Assembly (NCBI GenBank): GCA_008632985.1
Contig: QPGO01000090.1
Span: forward strand, 186,001-250,000
Source: Psammoneis japonica
Lineage: Eukaryota
Direction of reading: 5' to 3'
DNA: 64,000 bases
Positions 1-12,293 of the stretch are shown here, in pieces. The stretch's first letter is position 1. The number at the start of each line of letters is the position of its first letter. The translations under genes and the position numbers were made by a program. The notes beneath the pieces are model-generated. The model searched no databases and was not told where the DNA came from. It saw only the letters and a list, made by a program, of their open reading frames with translations.

Positions 1-441
1 GGCGACGCTTTTCAGTCTGTCGTTGAGAATGAAGACGAATGGGTGCAGGAACACGTATTTATGACTTCAAGTGCACCATATGCGTGGTTACTGCCATGGT
101 GCAGCATGATGCTGTGTCACGGCGGAGCAGGCGTTGTCATGGCTGCTCTCAAGGCTGGTGTCCCACCCGTGATTAGTCCATTCATGGGTGACCAGTTCTT
201 TTACGCCAAGCTGCTAGACGCAAAGGGCCTTGGTGCTCAAGCTGGATCCAATCTTGCGTCCGTCGGTACCAGCGACCTTGTAAAAGGCATCGAGCACGCC
301 CGCGAATGCTACGACAGCTGCCAATCACTAAAGGAAAGTTTGAAAGACTCACCAAGTGGTCCTCACCGGCTACAAGGAGTTATTCAAACTACATGGAAGC
401 AAATCATGAGTAAGGTAAATAGATTTCAACGCTTATTCTAG
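1..441 (+). CDS. 3' end of UDP-glycosyltransferase (GT1, sterol 3-beta-glucosyltransferase-like); 5' part outside window
   Basis: C-terminal GT1 motifs APYAWLLP..CHGGAG..AALKAGVP...PFMGDQFF; open frame runs from the window edge to TAG at 441. Confidence 0.8.
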   Translation, partial: GDAFQSVVENEDEWVQEHVFMTSSAPYAWLLPWCSMMLCHGGAGVVMAALKAGVPPVISPFMGDQFFYAKLLDAKGLGAQAGSNLASVGTSDLVKGIEHARECYDSCQSLKESLKDSPSGPHRLQGVIQTTWKQIMSKVNRFQRLF

Positions 442-497
442 ATGCTCCTGTCTGGTATTGTGTTGCCCATTCCCATTTACTGCAGTAACTGACATGT

Positions 498-2414
498 TCA
501 CTTCATTCTCTTACGGAACTGGTTCAGGTACTCGCGAACACTAGCCAGAATGCTAACCACAAAAAAGATGTAAAGGACGTGTAAATGCAATCCAAGCGCC
601 TCTTGAACCTTTCCACCAAGGCTTGATTGACAACCTCAGGTGCCTCCTTCAAATCTGATAAATTGAAACTGATGCGATTGCGCTCAAGCTGCTCAAAAAA
701 GAAATGATTACAAAGTGTAAGATAAGGCTCAGTGTTGGTGAGTCATCCCCCCAACTCGGCATGGTAACGACTTACGATACGAGTAATCCTGGAATCGGAA
801 AGGATAGGCCGAGCCATGTGGGCACATTCCGAGCTAGTCATGCCACGGGGAATGGCCAAGGTGACCTGACTCGACGCCTTGCAGAGCTCCGAAACTGGAA
901 GAGACTTGTTTGGCTCCTCCCCATTGATATCACAGATACCCGTGTAGAGGGTTTGCAAGACACTGCTGTCGGTCACCTTTGTGATTGCCTTGAGCAAAAT
1001 GTCGCCGACGACGTCATTCTTTGCATCTGTTTTGACCAGAGACAGCTCGAAACGTAGAGACGATGGATTCACAAAGAGCACAGCAATCGAGCATGCGTTG
1101 CCGCATGTGTTGCCGAGGCTTCGCATCCTAGTCGTCGCTTCGTCGACATTCGTAGTCTCAACAGAATGAACTTGAATTCCATTGGACTTAAGCTGCGCGG
1201 TAAGAGAGCAGAAACATGTGAGAAACTGAGACGCATGGAAAAGGCCTACCTGCTGTACATTGCTCAGTGAGTCTATGAGACTGTGGACTCACCATACGCG
1301 CCACCTTGATATTGGACAGGATATTCCGTGCCATCCTTGCGCACTCGCCGCCCGTCATGTCTAGCGGCATGGCCAACACGACTTGACTTGCAGTCTGCAA
1401 GAGCTCTGGAGTGAGCGGGGCGTCCCCCAGTTCTTCGCCATTAACATCACAGAGACCTGCGTAATGAACTGCCGACATGTTGCAGTCTTTTGCCGTCTCG
1501 ATTGCACGTGATAAGACAGTATGGGCCGTCATTGTCTCGGGGACAAGCTTTATCAAGGAAACCTCAAATTGACGAAGGACGGGATTCATTAAAAGAACAG
1601 CAACTGATACCTTTTCCTTCGCATGGGTTGCATTGATGACCTCGGGCCTAATCGTAGCAGCGATCCCGATTGAATCCTGCTCGCAATCCGAAACCAAGTC
1701 TTGGAACCCGCGTGGCTCCGGCGCCTTTTCACGTTCGTGGGTAGTAGCAGGGTCGTCCGACTCTTCTGTTTTTCCATCTTTCGCCTCCATATCGCGCTGA
1801 AAATAATCGATTTCCTCGGTATCCATAGTCAGGTGACTCATTGGTTGCTCAAGAACATCGATGGACTCCTTGGACTCCGGTGCATCCAATTCCACCAAAT
1901 GTGTATCGGGAGAAGTGACCGCTTCGTCTTGTGGCGTGTCATCGACCAGTTCGAACGGTGTGGGGGCTGTGGCAGATGCAGCTGTATTGTTTCTTTCGCT
2001 TTTCTTGGACGCTTCATCTTGTCGGATGCAATCATCTTTGGTCGATAAAGCATGTTCGTCGACTTCGAACGAGCCGCCTTCAACCTCGTGAGCACTGAAC
2101 GAAATCAACACTTCCGCAGGAATGTCGTCCCTCTTGCTAGCAGGCCTCTCGGGAGCATCAACCGTCTCTGGACTTTCTCCTGACAGTGATATCTTGTCTT
2201 CCAATGATTTCTGTTCTGCGTCATTGGAAGGTTTTGATCCGGTGCCTCGCGTCGAAGAGATCGACACCGAAGGAGGCGATTGCTCTCGAACGGGACTGTC
2301 GTCCGCAGTCGAAATCAAAGATAGGCTTTGATCTTTGCACAAGCTCTTTCCAGAAATGGCTTTGCGAAGCCGTCCAGCTGCTTTTCGAATCTTCCGCAGT
2401 GGCTTCTTTGGCAT
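498..2414 (-). CDS. Multi-exon hypothetical protein: acidic disordered N-terminus plus two tandem copies of a ~95-aa domain
   Basis: ORFs 1188-2414 and 743-1126 share a repeat: VAVLLMNP..RQFEVSLIK...YAGLCDVNGEE...VVLAMP..M...ECARMARNILS vs IAVLFVNP..LRFELSLVK...YTGICDINGEE...VTLAIP..M...ECAHMARPILS. GT-AG introns near 1200-1290 and 695-765; last exon ends at TGA ~498. Confidence 0.65.
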
Positions 2415-2870
2415 GGTGGTTGTTGATCCGTCGGTGTTTCGATTTCTGTTCCTGGTTGATGCGATCGTGCAAGTGATTGTGAGTTGATCAACATTGTGTT
2501 GTTATTTCGTTGCTACTCTTTACGATGGCAAGTGCGTTGGATATTAGTTTCGTGGCACCATTGACGTTTCTTCATAGTTTACTTTCAAGACTGCCATCTT
2601 ATTGAGCTCTACGAGCGAATTTTGGTCCTGTCGGTCTGTCTGTGTGTCCGGTCGATTGAGGAACTGCCACGTGAGAGCACGAGCGCGAGGAACTCTTTCG
2701 AAATCTCCAAGACAATGAGTACAAACTAAAAGTAAATAAATCTTTTTACTTATTCAAATTTCAAAATGCTTGTTTCCCTTTTTACTAGTAAAATTCGTGT
2801 GAGTTCGTGCAAGTCCCGCACCTACCGAGCCTACCCGCACCTCATTTGTTTCTGCCTCCGACGTTCAACC

Positions 2871-4139
2871 ATGGCGGCTGCAAGCGGTGCATTCCGTTCT
2901 CATCTGATGCAGCAGTTTGCATCAGCTGCACGGACACAAAGTCGCCCACCACTGGCGCTACTGGGGTTGAAAAGCAGAGGATCTTTGCCAACATTGAAAG
3001 AAAGTCCCTCATCCGATGAGCAAACTGAGGAAGAATCATCTGCTCAGTACGCTCAAGTCTACCAATCCTTACAGCTGGCAGCAGCAAGAGATGTTTCTCC
3101 ATCCCCATCCAGACGCCAACCTATTCCTTCTGTAATGTCTGATCCGGTTTTTAATAATCACTTTGTTCTTAACCCGTTAAACGCGCAAGACGATGTTTCC
3201 AACCAAAACGATGATTCCTCTTTTACCTCGGCGTTTGATATGCAAAGCATGATTCAGAATCGCCGTACCGTTTCCAACTTTGACAAGTCTTCACGAAATA
3301 TCAAGGAGGCGCTCGAGCGAGCGGTACTATGTGGTCTTAACGCTCCCAATCATCACAATACACAACCTTTCACCTTTAAGCGTCTCCTATCGCCATCGGA
3401 AAGTACCGATCGGCTAGCTGACATCGCTTACAATGTCAAGTAAGTAGAGTTGAAGTAGAAAGAAAGAGAGCGAATCCGATTTCGGCTGGAAATGTGGCAT
3501 ACTCATCTTACGCTGTCTATTGTTTCCTTGAAAAATACTAATGCAGACTCCGGAAGAAACCAGACTGTGAAAACAACCAACGACTGGCTGAACGTAAAAG
3601 GGATAAGTGGAGCCAGATTCCAGGCTTTCTCGTCACATTGGTGGATGGTCAACCAAAACAACAAGGCGAGGACCAGGAGGAATATGATGAATGTCCCTTT
3701 GTAGGACCCGCCACGGAGAAACAACTAGAAGACGTGAGTGCCGGAGGGTATGCAGTTTTTTGTTTTCTTGGCGTTGTGTGCAATCTTGCTCACTGTGTTT
3801 TCCTCTATTGCGTCAATCTACAAACCGTAGTATGCAGCAGCATGTGCTGCTGTTCAAAATGTTTTGTTATCCTTGCACGCGGAAGGAATTGGGGCCAAGT
3901 GGGCAACGGGGGTAAGTGGAACTTTTGCTACTTCTTCTCCTTATATGCTTGCTCAATCGTCCTCATGGCACTCTTTTTTATGCTCTTTATAGCCGGTGAC
4001 TCGCACACCTGCCTTTCGTTCCTTGGTACAGCACAACAAGATGAGAGAGTGGTTGCGTTAATCATGGTGGGACATCCTCGTCGTGTACCCAGAGCACCGA
4101 GAAGGGACGCCCATGAAAGAACTCTTTCAAGACTTGTAG
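2871..4139 (+). CDS. Nitroreductase-family protein (multi-exon, organellar presequence likely)
   Basis: MIQNRRTVSNF...ALERAVLCGLNAPNHHNTQPFTF; later exons give YAAACAAVQNVLLSLHAEGIGAKWATG and ERVVALIMVGHP; several GT-AG introns. Confidence 0.75.
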
Positions 4140-4374
4140 TTCCAGTGCGGAGGCCAGCTGCTCGCCACGCGGCGACACACACAAGTCGCCATAATGTACA
4201 TAATTCACATGCTTTTTCTTTCCATTCAGTGGAACCACCAGGTAGATGATCTGAAGATAGGCCCAGCTAAGACCAGCTACGTTGATGGGGAAAGATACAA
4301 GAAATACAATTCGAACGAAGTTTCTTAGAAACTACAGTATACGCCGTCATCACCATTCCTCTCTCATGGCAACA

Positions 4375-4975
4375 TCAATTCCAGCAGTCAATTACTTTTC
4401 CCACAGTCACTTGAGCCGACCACAGAACAACCAAGGCTCCAATACTGGAGGCCGGATTGGGAATGCCGAACCGTGAGATCTTCATACCCACTCCGACGTA
4501 GGAGATTGGAAACAGCATGGCATTCAAAAAGCCGGCTGCTCCGTCTTGTGCACTCGAAACGACATCGGGTGACGTCTCAACTCTCATGCCGTCAATTGTC
4601 AGCAGCGAAATTCCATAATAGGTCAAAAAGACAGTCCCATACAAGACGTATCCAGCAGTGCGTGACAATTTTCTAAAGCTGCAATTTTCTCATCTCGTGC
4701 TACTTGAAACTTGGCCAACTCTTTTTCTTTGTTCAATACAACTCGTTCCAATTTGGACGTTTCGACAAACGCCGAAGGACCCAGCCGTCTCTTTTTTGCA
4801 GCCTCGTATTTGGCGGTTCGCAATTCGACTTCCGTTTTGCGTTCTGATTTGATTTCGATTTGCTCAGCGTCACGGAACCTCGTACCACGGCTTCGTAGCA
4901 TGCCCCAACCACCAGCAAGAGCCAAAGATCGAGTGGGCGAACTTGATCTACAGGAATTGGGGCGTGTGGAATCAT
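4375..4975 (-). CDS. Get1/WRB-like small membrane protein (apparent frameshifts)
   Basis: N-terminal TM, coiled coil with PSAFVETSKLERVVLNKEKEL, further TMs; spread over three overlapping ORFs. Confidence 0.45.
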
Positions 4976-5385
4976 GGTGATAGTGGCAGAGCGGTTATTG
5001 TGATGGATTGTGTGACAACAGCGCCATTGCCGGACGTCTTGCTTATGTTGACAGGTGTTGAGCTCAAAAAGGTCGTTCTGTCCGACGTACGAAGCTCTCT
5101 CCGACGCGTGCGCAAACTACAAAAGTGCGCGCAATAAAACTCCCTCCGACGCGACTGTGGACGGCCATGGCTGGCCCACATTTTCGTTCGCCGTACTTGT
5201 AGCTTTTCTGTTGCTGCATGAGTAGCCGCCGGGTTGTAAACTATTATTTGAGTCGCTCTCATTTTATACAAAAGACCTCTTTTCCCGGACGTAATCCTGG
5301 GCGCATAGGAACTGGAATCCATAGAACTTGGAGCTCCACAACTGAAACTAGTTTCACCAGAGCATTCGTTTGTTCGAAGTCAACC

Positions 5386-6978
5386 ATGAGCAGCGGAAAC
5401 GGATCCGTGGCTATAGCTCCCGAAGCGGGCACACAAGAGAAATTTGAGGAATGCACTACTACTGCTGCTACACCTAGTGAGAAAATTTCACCAGCCGCTT
5501 CTACTGCAAGTTCTTCTCCGAGTAAGAAGAGAAAGAAAACAGACTGGTTTGGAAGCAAGAAGAAACGCGGCGGAGGAAAGAAGGACGGAAAAACAAAGAA
5601 CTGTCGCAAGCCAACCGATCCAGAAAGCTTAAAAGATCAAACACCACATGGAGGTTCTTTTGCGAATGAGTCAATGCGAAAATTGTTCGGCATTGAAATG
5701 AAAGAACCGGCTTCGAACAGTAGCGTGCCAGAAAAGCCGGAGAGTGACGCGCAAGTCGTTGCAGAGGCAGAAGAGAACAATACTAACGAAGAAGGCAATG
5801 ATTCTAATACTGCTACCAGTAGTGGTCGATATCCAAAACGCAAGGTGGCATTGTTATTGGCGTTTGTCGGTGAAAAGTATGCGGGTTTTCAAATGAACCC
5901 CGGGCAAAACACCATACAGGCCGCGTTGAAGTTGCGCTGTATCAGCAAACTTGTTGAGCAAGGATAACTTTGGTTACCCGGGAAAGTATCAGTGGTCTTC
6001 ATCCGCACGAACAGACAAGGGCGTTCATGCGTGTGCTCAAGTATGTTCTGTCAAGATTCAGTGCCCGTCCATGGATATGGATGTGATTCGAGAAGCCATC
6101 AATGAGCAGTTACCGTCCGACGTGAGGGTTTTGGATGTCGTTCGCACGACGAGATCCTTTCATGCTCGGACGCAACGTGACCGTGTCCGTTATCAATACA
6201 TGCTCCCAACCTTCTTGCTGCAGGATCGGCAGAAAGCAAGAGCCTTGTTTGAATCATACAATTGCCACGAAAACGATCTGCGTCCGGGGGAGCTATTGAC
6301 ACCAGACAAGTCAGGCTGTTACAAAAAGATCTTGCTTCATTCCGTATTGACAAGGATCGTGCAGAACGACTACGAACCGCTCTAGCCACCTACGAGGGGA
6401 CTCATTTGTTTCACAACTTTACAAGCGGAAAGACAAGCCAAGACGCGAATAGCACGCGATATATTGTAAAGTTTGAAATGCAAGATCCCGTCGTCTTGGA
6501 GGACGGGACCGAGTGGATCGTGACAAACGTGACGGGTCAGTCGTTTTTGTTGCATCAGATTCGAAAAATGATTTCCCTTGCCGTCGATGTGGCACGAGGG
6601 TCCGCCGAGCTTGACCTTATGAAACACGCCATGTCCAAGCATCAGGTGCGTCTCAATATCGCTCCGGCTCAGGGACTCTTTTTAGACATGAGTTTCTTTG
6701 GTCACTACAATAAAAAGAACAAGCAAGGTGAAGACCTCAACTGGACACCTCCCTCATCAGCGGATGAGACTCTCACACCGGCCATGGCCCGTTGGAAAGA
6801 CTTCAAGGAAAACATAGTTGAGAGACACATTGTCAAGGAAGAAGCCCGAGACGCGAACTTTATCAAGTATCTGTTTGTTCAAGAGTACGTCTTTGAGTTT
6901 GAACAGCATTATCAAATCACTCCTGAAGAGGGGAAGGACGAGGGCAAGTCGGCAGGGGATGCCGCGACAACAGGTTGA
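5386..6978 (+). CDS. PUS1: tRNA pseudouridine synthase, TruA/Pus1 family (two apparent frameshifts, near 5930 and 6300)
   Basis: KRKVALLLAFVGEKYAGFQ, catalytic SSARTDKGVHA, YEGTHLFHNFT, GQSFLLHQIRKMI. Confidence 0.9.
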
Positions 6979-7054
6979 AAGCTAGCAACTAGAAACAATC
7001 GCTCCAATCTAGGGTATGCAGATAATGGTTTGGTAGCGTTATAGCTTTATCAGT

Positions 7055-8618
7055 TTATGCCACTGTGGGCTTCTTGAAGGCAGACGCAGGTAAGCAAGCT
7101 GCTGCATCTGCGTTGTCGCAATCAGCGGGCACTTCAACGTCGACAGGAATTCCCTGTTTGTTAATGTCGTTGTGCTTGGGAGTTTCATACCTTGACACTG
7201 TCACCGCGACACCACCATTATCATTGGAGAGCTGACGAATTGTCTGAACAATACCCTTACCAAAGGTTTGTTCACCAGCCACAGTCGCACGACCATTTTC
7301 CTTGAGAGCCGCGGTCATGACTTCGGCTGCAGATGCCGTGTTGGAATTGACAAAGACGACGAGTGGACTTTCCAGGTCGATTCCTGGTGCCAGTGATGCC
7401 ATGGAGTCTACGACACCCTTTTTGTTTACAACAAAGACAACAGGCTTGTCGGCGTCAAGAAAGAGCGACGCTGTATCGACGCCGCCCGGAAGGAGACCGC
7501 CGGGGTTGCCTCGAACGTCTAAAACAAAGGCATTTGCTCCTTTCTTGGTTAGATCCTTGACTGAATCGGAAACCGTATCGGCGGTTGTACCCGAGAAGCT
7601 CTGAGCGTGTTTGTTAGAACTCCTTTGGGAGATAGCTGAAATGGCACACACGCCCACATCCCACTCAATACATTATACTTGCACTCACCTTGATACGAAT
7701 CACTCCCACTTTTCCTACTCCGCTCTTCTCGGACAAGTAGCTCTTGACGGAAGTAATCTTGATTGGCTCCCGAGTCAAAATGTAATCCAATGTTTTGCCA
7801 TCGCGCTCCATCACAACACCCACCTTGCTTCCCTTTGGACCACGAAGGTTTACAGCAACGTCGTCCGGAGTAGCCTTACCGTCATCAAACCGAGTGCCAT
7901 CCACCTCTAGAAAGATATCTTTGGGTTTGATACCACCGTTGGAAGCCGGGGAGTTGGCCTCGACATCCGAAGCGATTACTTTGCCGTCCTTGTTGGTTCC
8001 AATTTCAACACCTACTCCAAACAAGTTTCCGGTTGCTGTATCCACAATGCTTTGATACTTGGCGGGTGGAAGATAACGAGTATACTTGTCACCAAGACTA
8101 GCAACCATTTTTTCAATGGCTTCTCTTGCCTCGTCCATATTCTTGTATCGTCTCTTCACATTGTCTTGCCTCAGCTGAAACCAATCTTGACCGTTGAAGG
8201 TCCTTTCAAAGTATGAATTATCGACAATACGCCACGCCTCTGCAACAGCCTTTTGCTCGTCTGTCATGGATCCATAGTCGAGAGCACTAGCAACGGGAGT
8301 TTGAAAAGCAGTACTAAATCCGTGATCCACGACAGAAGGCATCGGCAACGGAGCAAGAACCAAGCCAGCCGTAAGAAACAGTGTCCCAACAGCTTTCTGT
8401 GCGGCCACACCCAAATTCTCCAAGATATTGTCATGAGATTCGTCGCTCTTCTTTTCAGTTCTTCTTGGTGAGTTCATCTCTGTTGCATGAAGCAGAGTTC
8501 GTGTTCTCGAAAACTCAACACCATTGTTGTTGATGACAGAAAACGCAGTTCCCGAGTCTGTCTGAAGAAGCAGAGCACAACATGTGCTCACCAAAACACT
8601 AAGGCACGTTGTCGACAT
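7055..8618 (-). CDS. ctpA: C-terminal processing peptidase (S41, D1-processing CtpA), plastid-targeted; one intron ~7601-7689
   Basis: Signal peptide plus TAF cleavage motif, LGDKYTRYL, PDZ domain, LDVRGNPGG, TASAAEV, GEQTFGKG. Confidence 0.92.
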
Positions 8619-11249
8619 CGTCAGTAGTTCTTCTGGAGAGAGTTTCCCTCTTCAGATGCCAGCCGTGACTGAGATCTACCTTTCGATTCAGAGAGACGGA
8701 ATGGCAACAACAAGCATCGCCTGCCACCTGCCATCGCCTCATGTCAACCTCGAGAGGGATCTCGCTCGACCTCTCGGACAAAAACACGTCACTTACCGCG
8801 TGCATCTCGCGCTTCTTTACTTTTAACGTTTGCATCCGGGCACAACCATTGGCTGACCGGCTGACCACTCATTCGATAACTTGTGCTTGGGTCTGATTTG
8901 TTTCCAGAATTCTCACTCAGGTGGCTCTTCTCTGATTTAGAGGCAACACTTCCTGGAACACTTGGCCATGAAACAACAACGCTGTTGTCGTGCGCTTTTG
9001 CTGTGCTCAAGAGCCCTGGCATGTGGGGCTCTTGCACCCCAGAGAAATTGGCTGCCTTTGACATGCTGCAAAAGCCAGTCATCAGAGTGCAAACATCTCC
9101 ACACTTGTGAGTCATGAGCAATGCATGTGAAGTGTTTTGCAGTGCTGCCACAGGTGTGCCCAAGATGCTGTGAAGCGTGGACAACTCTCGGAGAGGAGCG
9201 GAGAGAGAGAGAGAGCACACTTTTGCTCTCTTTCATGTGGCTGTGTTGTTGCCACATCTTTTGCTGGGACCCAAATGTGTTTGGTGTGGCACACTCATGT
9301 CTCTGCTTAGCAGGTTGCAAGGTTGCTTGCTGCAGAAAGTTTTTGAGGTGAGCCTGCTCCTCCTGTGCAATTTCTGACCCTTGCTGAACTCAAGAATGAT
9401 GAACTTGACGAGGTGCACACTGGAGAACAAATCTTGCTGGTGACTGCAGGTCATCTTAAACCCTTGTCAAACCCCACATTTGTCAAGATGCTCAAGGGCA
9501 GTTCAATGAGCACACCAAATGATGGCACGGCTCAACTGGCTCTCAGCCCAGCAACACTGGAGCACCTGCTCCTGCGCAGCCAAACTGCAAGCCATCTTTG
9601 CTGGTTGGTGCCAAATCTGAATCAGCTCATGTCTTGCATCATCCAGAGCAAGCACAAACAATTTTTCATCTCATGCCAGGCCCTGGTGCACTGCTCACAC
9701 CAAACAAAACTTCGTCCAAGCCAATCTGGAGCAAGCTGTGGCCAAACATCCACTCATTCTTGGACAACAGCAAATTGTGCATTGAGTTTCTTGCACGTCA
9801 CCCTCACAACACACAGCTCAATGCTCTGAGTCAATGACATTAGAAGGAACATCATGAGCTCAGTGGAATTTGTCCTTCTCACAACAATTTCCATCTGCTC
9901 AAACCATCTCCTGACAAACAAAGCTGCTGCACTCATGAAAAGAGTTCAACTGTCTTCTCACAATGGGTCCACACAAATCATCTGGGCATGTTTCTCCATG
10001 AGCAGTGAGCACCTCCATTTTGTGGGAAAACCATCAAACAATTGAGTGGGTGGGTGTGTTTCAATGATCATGTCTCTGCCGCAAACCCTGTCATCCAAAA
10101 ACAAACCCTCAGTGCCTTGCCCCCTCATTCAGCATGGACTTGGCACAAATTTTGCAAATGCAGAATTAGCACCAAGTCTGTGCCATTTTGCTCAGATTGC
10201 GTTTCCCGACAAAGAGAGCAAGTGAAACAAATTCCTTGCATGTGAAAAGGGGGGCAAGGCACTGACAGTTTGTTTGGTGATGACACCAGTGTTTGCAGCA
10301 GAGATGTGACAATCAAAACATGTCCATCCACCAGATCATTTGATGGTTTTTTCCCACAAAATGGAGGTGCTCACTGCTTGTGGCCAGCCCAATTTTGCAA
10401 CAACCAAGAGCAGACAAACACACGTGACCAAGTCCCTGTGTCACATTGTGGCATCATCTCATTGCCCCATCTGACAAATGTGAGAATGAACCTGCAGCCA
10501 AAAATCTCTCCCATCTTTTTTTCTCTCATCACATTGGTGCTCAGTTTCACACGCTGCTTGCTGAGACCCAATTGCCAAGGCTTGCTTGTCTGCTCTCCTG
10601 ACCAGCGAGTGTGCGAGTGCAGCACACCACACAGCCACTTTGCTGCCAAAGCACTTCAACCACCCTCTGACCACTTGACAGTCTTCATTTTTATCTTGAA
10701 CCATCCAGTCCTGTGAGAGCTTAGATTTTGAGCTTTTCAAAATCCTCAATGTTCAAAGTTGAGATTCCACCGAAAGCAGCACACCTTGCGGCCCAAAAGC
10801 AGCAGGTGCCACAACATTTTTTTTGCACCCAAACCCTTCAGGTTTTTGCAACCATGCTTTTTTTCCTGTCTGGTCCTTCTCTTCTAATCCCCATGTGCTC
10901 TGTCAGCTTTTCATTGTGATCTTGTCAAAGGCACACCTCTGGCTTTTGGCATCTTTCCTGGGTGGCTCAAAAGTGGAGCTCTCCTTGTCTGAGCTGACAT
11001 TGTCGACCATGAGCCCAAGAAACCACAAGTCGCACGGGCCGTCAATGGTGAGTTCACTGTCGCGGATTCTCCATGTGGGTTTGTCCCATTCTGTTGCTTG
11101 TTGGTTCCAATCGCTGCAGCTGGTGCAGAATTCCGACAGAGACAGCCAAACTGCCGAAGAAAAGGTGGGAAGAAAGCATTCCACAACTGCGCCCACTTGC
11201 TCACGCACACAACACTTCTTCAGCTCTGGCGCTGCTCATCATCGGCGTC

Positions 11250-11700
11250 AAAATGAACAGCATCATGGACGACGTTTCTGCACCATGGATTCCGCGCGAT
11301 TCCTGTGAAGAGAAGAGGCAACGACTCGCAGAGCAGCATGAGGAGGAGGATGGAGGAAACCGCTTTGTTTGATTGTTGCGAGAAGTGTGACTTACATTGC
11401 AACACGTGTGGCTGTCGATTCGAGTTGCTGCGAGAATCATTCGTCGAGGAGATTGAAGAGAACTGGGGAGCAACAATTTTGCACCCCGATGGTGGGAACA
11501 ACGGAGGGCATGTCGCTGCATCCACTGTTCGGAAAGCGCTGCATGGAGCACACTCGAGAATCTCACGTGGGCGTCTTGGAAGGGGCGTCAGGTGCGAGCC
11601 TCCTGCTTGCATCGCGAACGGATTGCGCGAGCTGCTGCCGAATCCAAAAGGAAAGGATTTTGTTGGATGTCATGCTTCTTGGTCGCCAAATGTAAACATT
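11250..11700 (+). pseudogene. Degenerate ORF with P2X7 C-terminal (ballast)-like Cys/Zn domain, probably transposon-associated
   Basis: DCCEKCDLHCNTCGC...RKALHGAHSRISRGRLGRGVRCEPPACIANGLRELLPNPKGKDFVGCH resembles the remembered consensus R..AY..F.....G.LG.G.R...P.C....IR..FP.P.G.Y.GF, with Tyr positions read as His/Cys. Confidence 0.5.
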
Positions 11701-11895
11701 GGCACCACATCATGATTTTGTGAACAAGTGAGTCTTGTGTTTTGCGCATGACATGCAATGCAAATGTGCAAGCATTTGTGTGTAAATGCGATGTTTGCAG
11801 GACTGGCAAGTCACTGACAAAGAATTCCTGATTCCCATGATTTTTGCTGAAAATGCATGCAAAAACGATTTTCACAATTTTCGTCTTGCACCACC

Positions 11896-12293
11896 TTAAA
11901 TGTCACAAAGGGCGTGACAAAAATGACCTTTTGTCTGCATGCATGCTGCATTGTGAATTCACAGCAGAGTGGTTCATCGCAACCATTGGGCAGGAGGCCA
12001 GGGGTTCGAAACCCTGAGTGGGAGTTGTCTGCAGCAACGTTGATCACTGTCGAACGCACAAAACTCTGTGCAGTTCTGTGTGTTCCTTCGTGCGCACCCA
12101 CACTGTTCCGCCAAAACCGTGCAGTGTCAGCACACGTTGGCAAAAAGCCGTGTGAACTCGCGACACATGGGGGAGGAGTGCAACACACAGCTGCTGATGA
12201 CGAGAGTCAGTGTGTCACGGCGACGTGTTGCAGCCTTTAAATGTCACAAAGGGCGTGACAAAAATAACCTTTTGTCTGCATGCATGCTGCATT
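11896..12293 (+). repeat. 57-bp direct repeat pair (11896-11952 and 12237-12293), each with an internal TGTCAC-N7-GTGACA hairpin
   Basis: ttaaatgtcacaaagggcgtgacaaaaat[g/a]accttttgtctgcatgcatgctgcatt occurs twice; the single difference is TG vs TA. Confidence 0.9.

Noticed and set aside
8400..8620. Cys-rich ctpA signal peptide as evidence that the mutator reaches a functional gene
   Set aside because: Suggestive only; Cys is common in signal peptides and no ortholog is available to polarise the changes
11896..12293. Palindromic direct repeats as a CRISPR array
   Set aside because: Only two units, a 284-bp spacer, eukaryotic context and no cas genes
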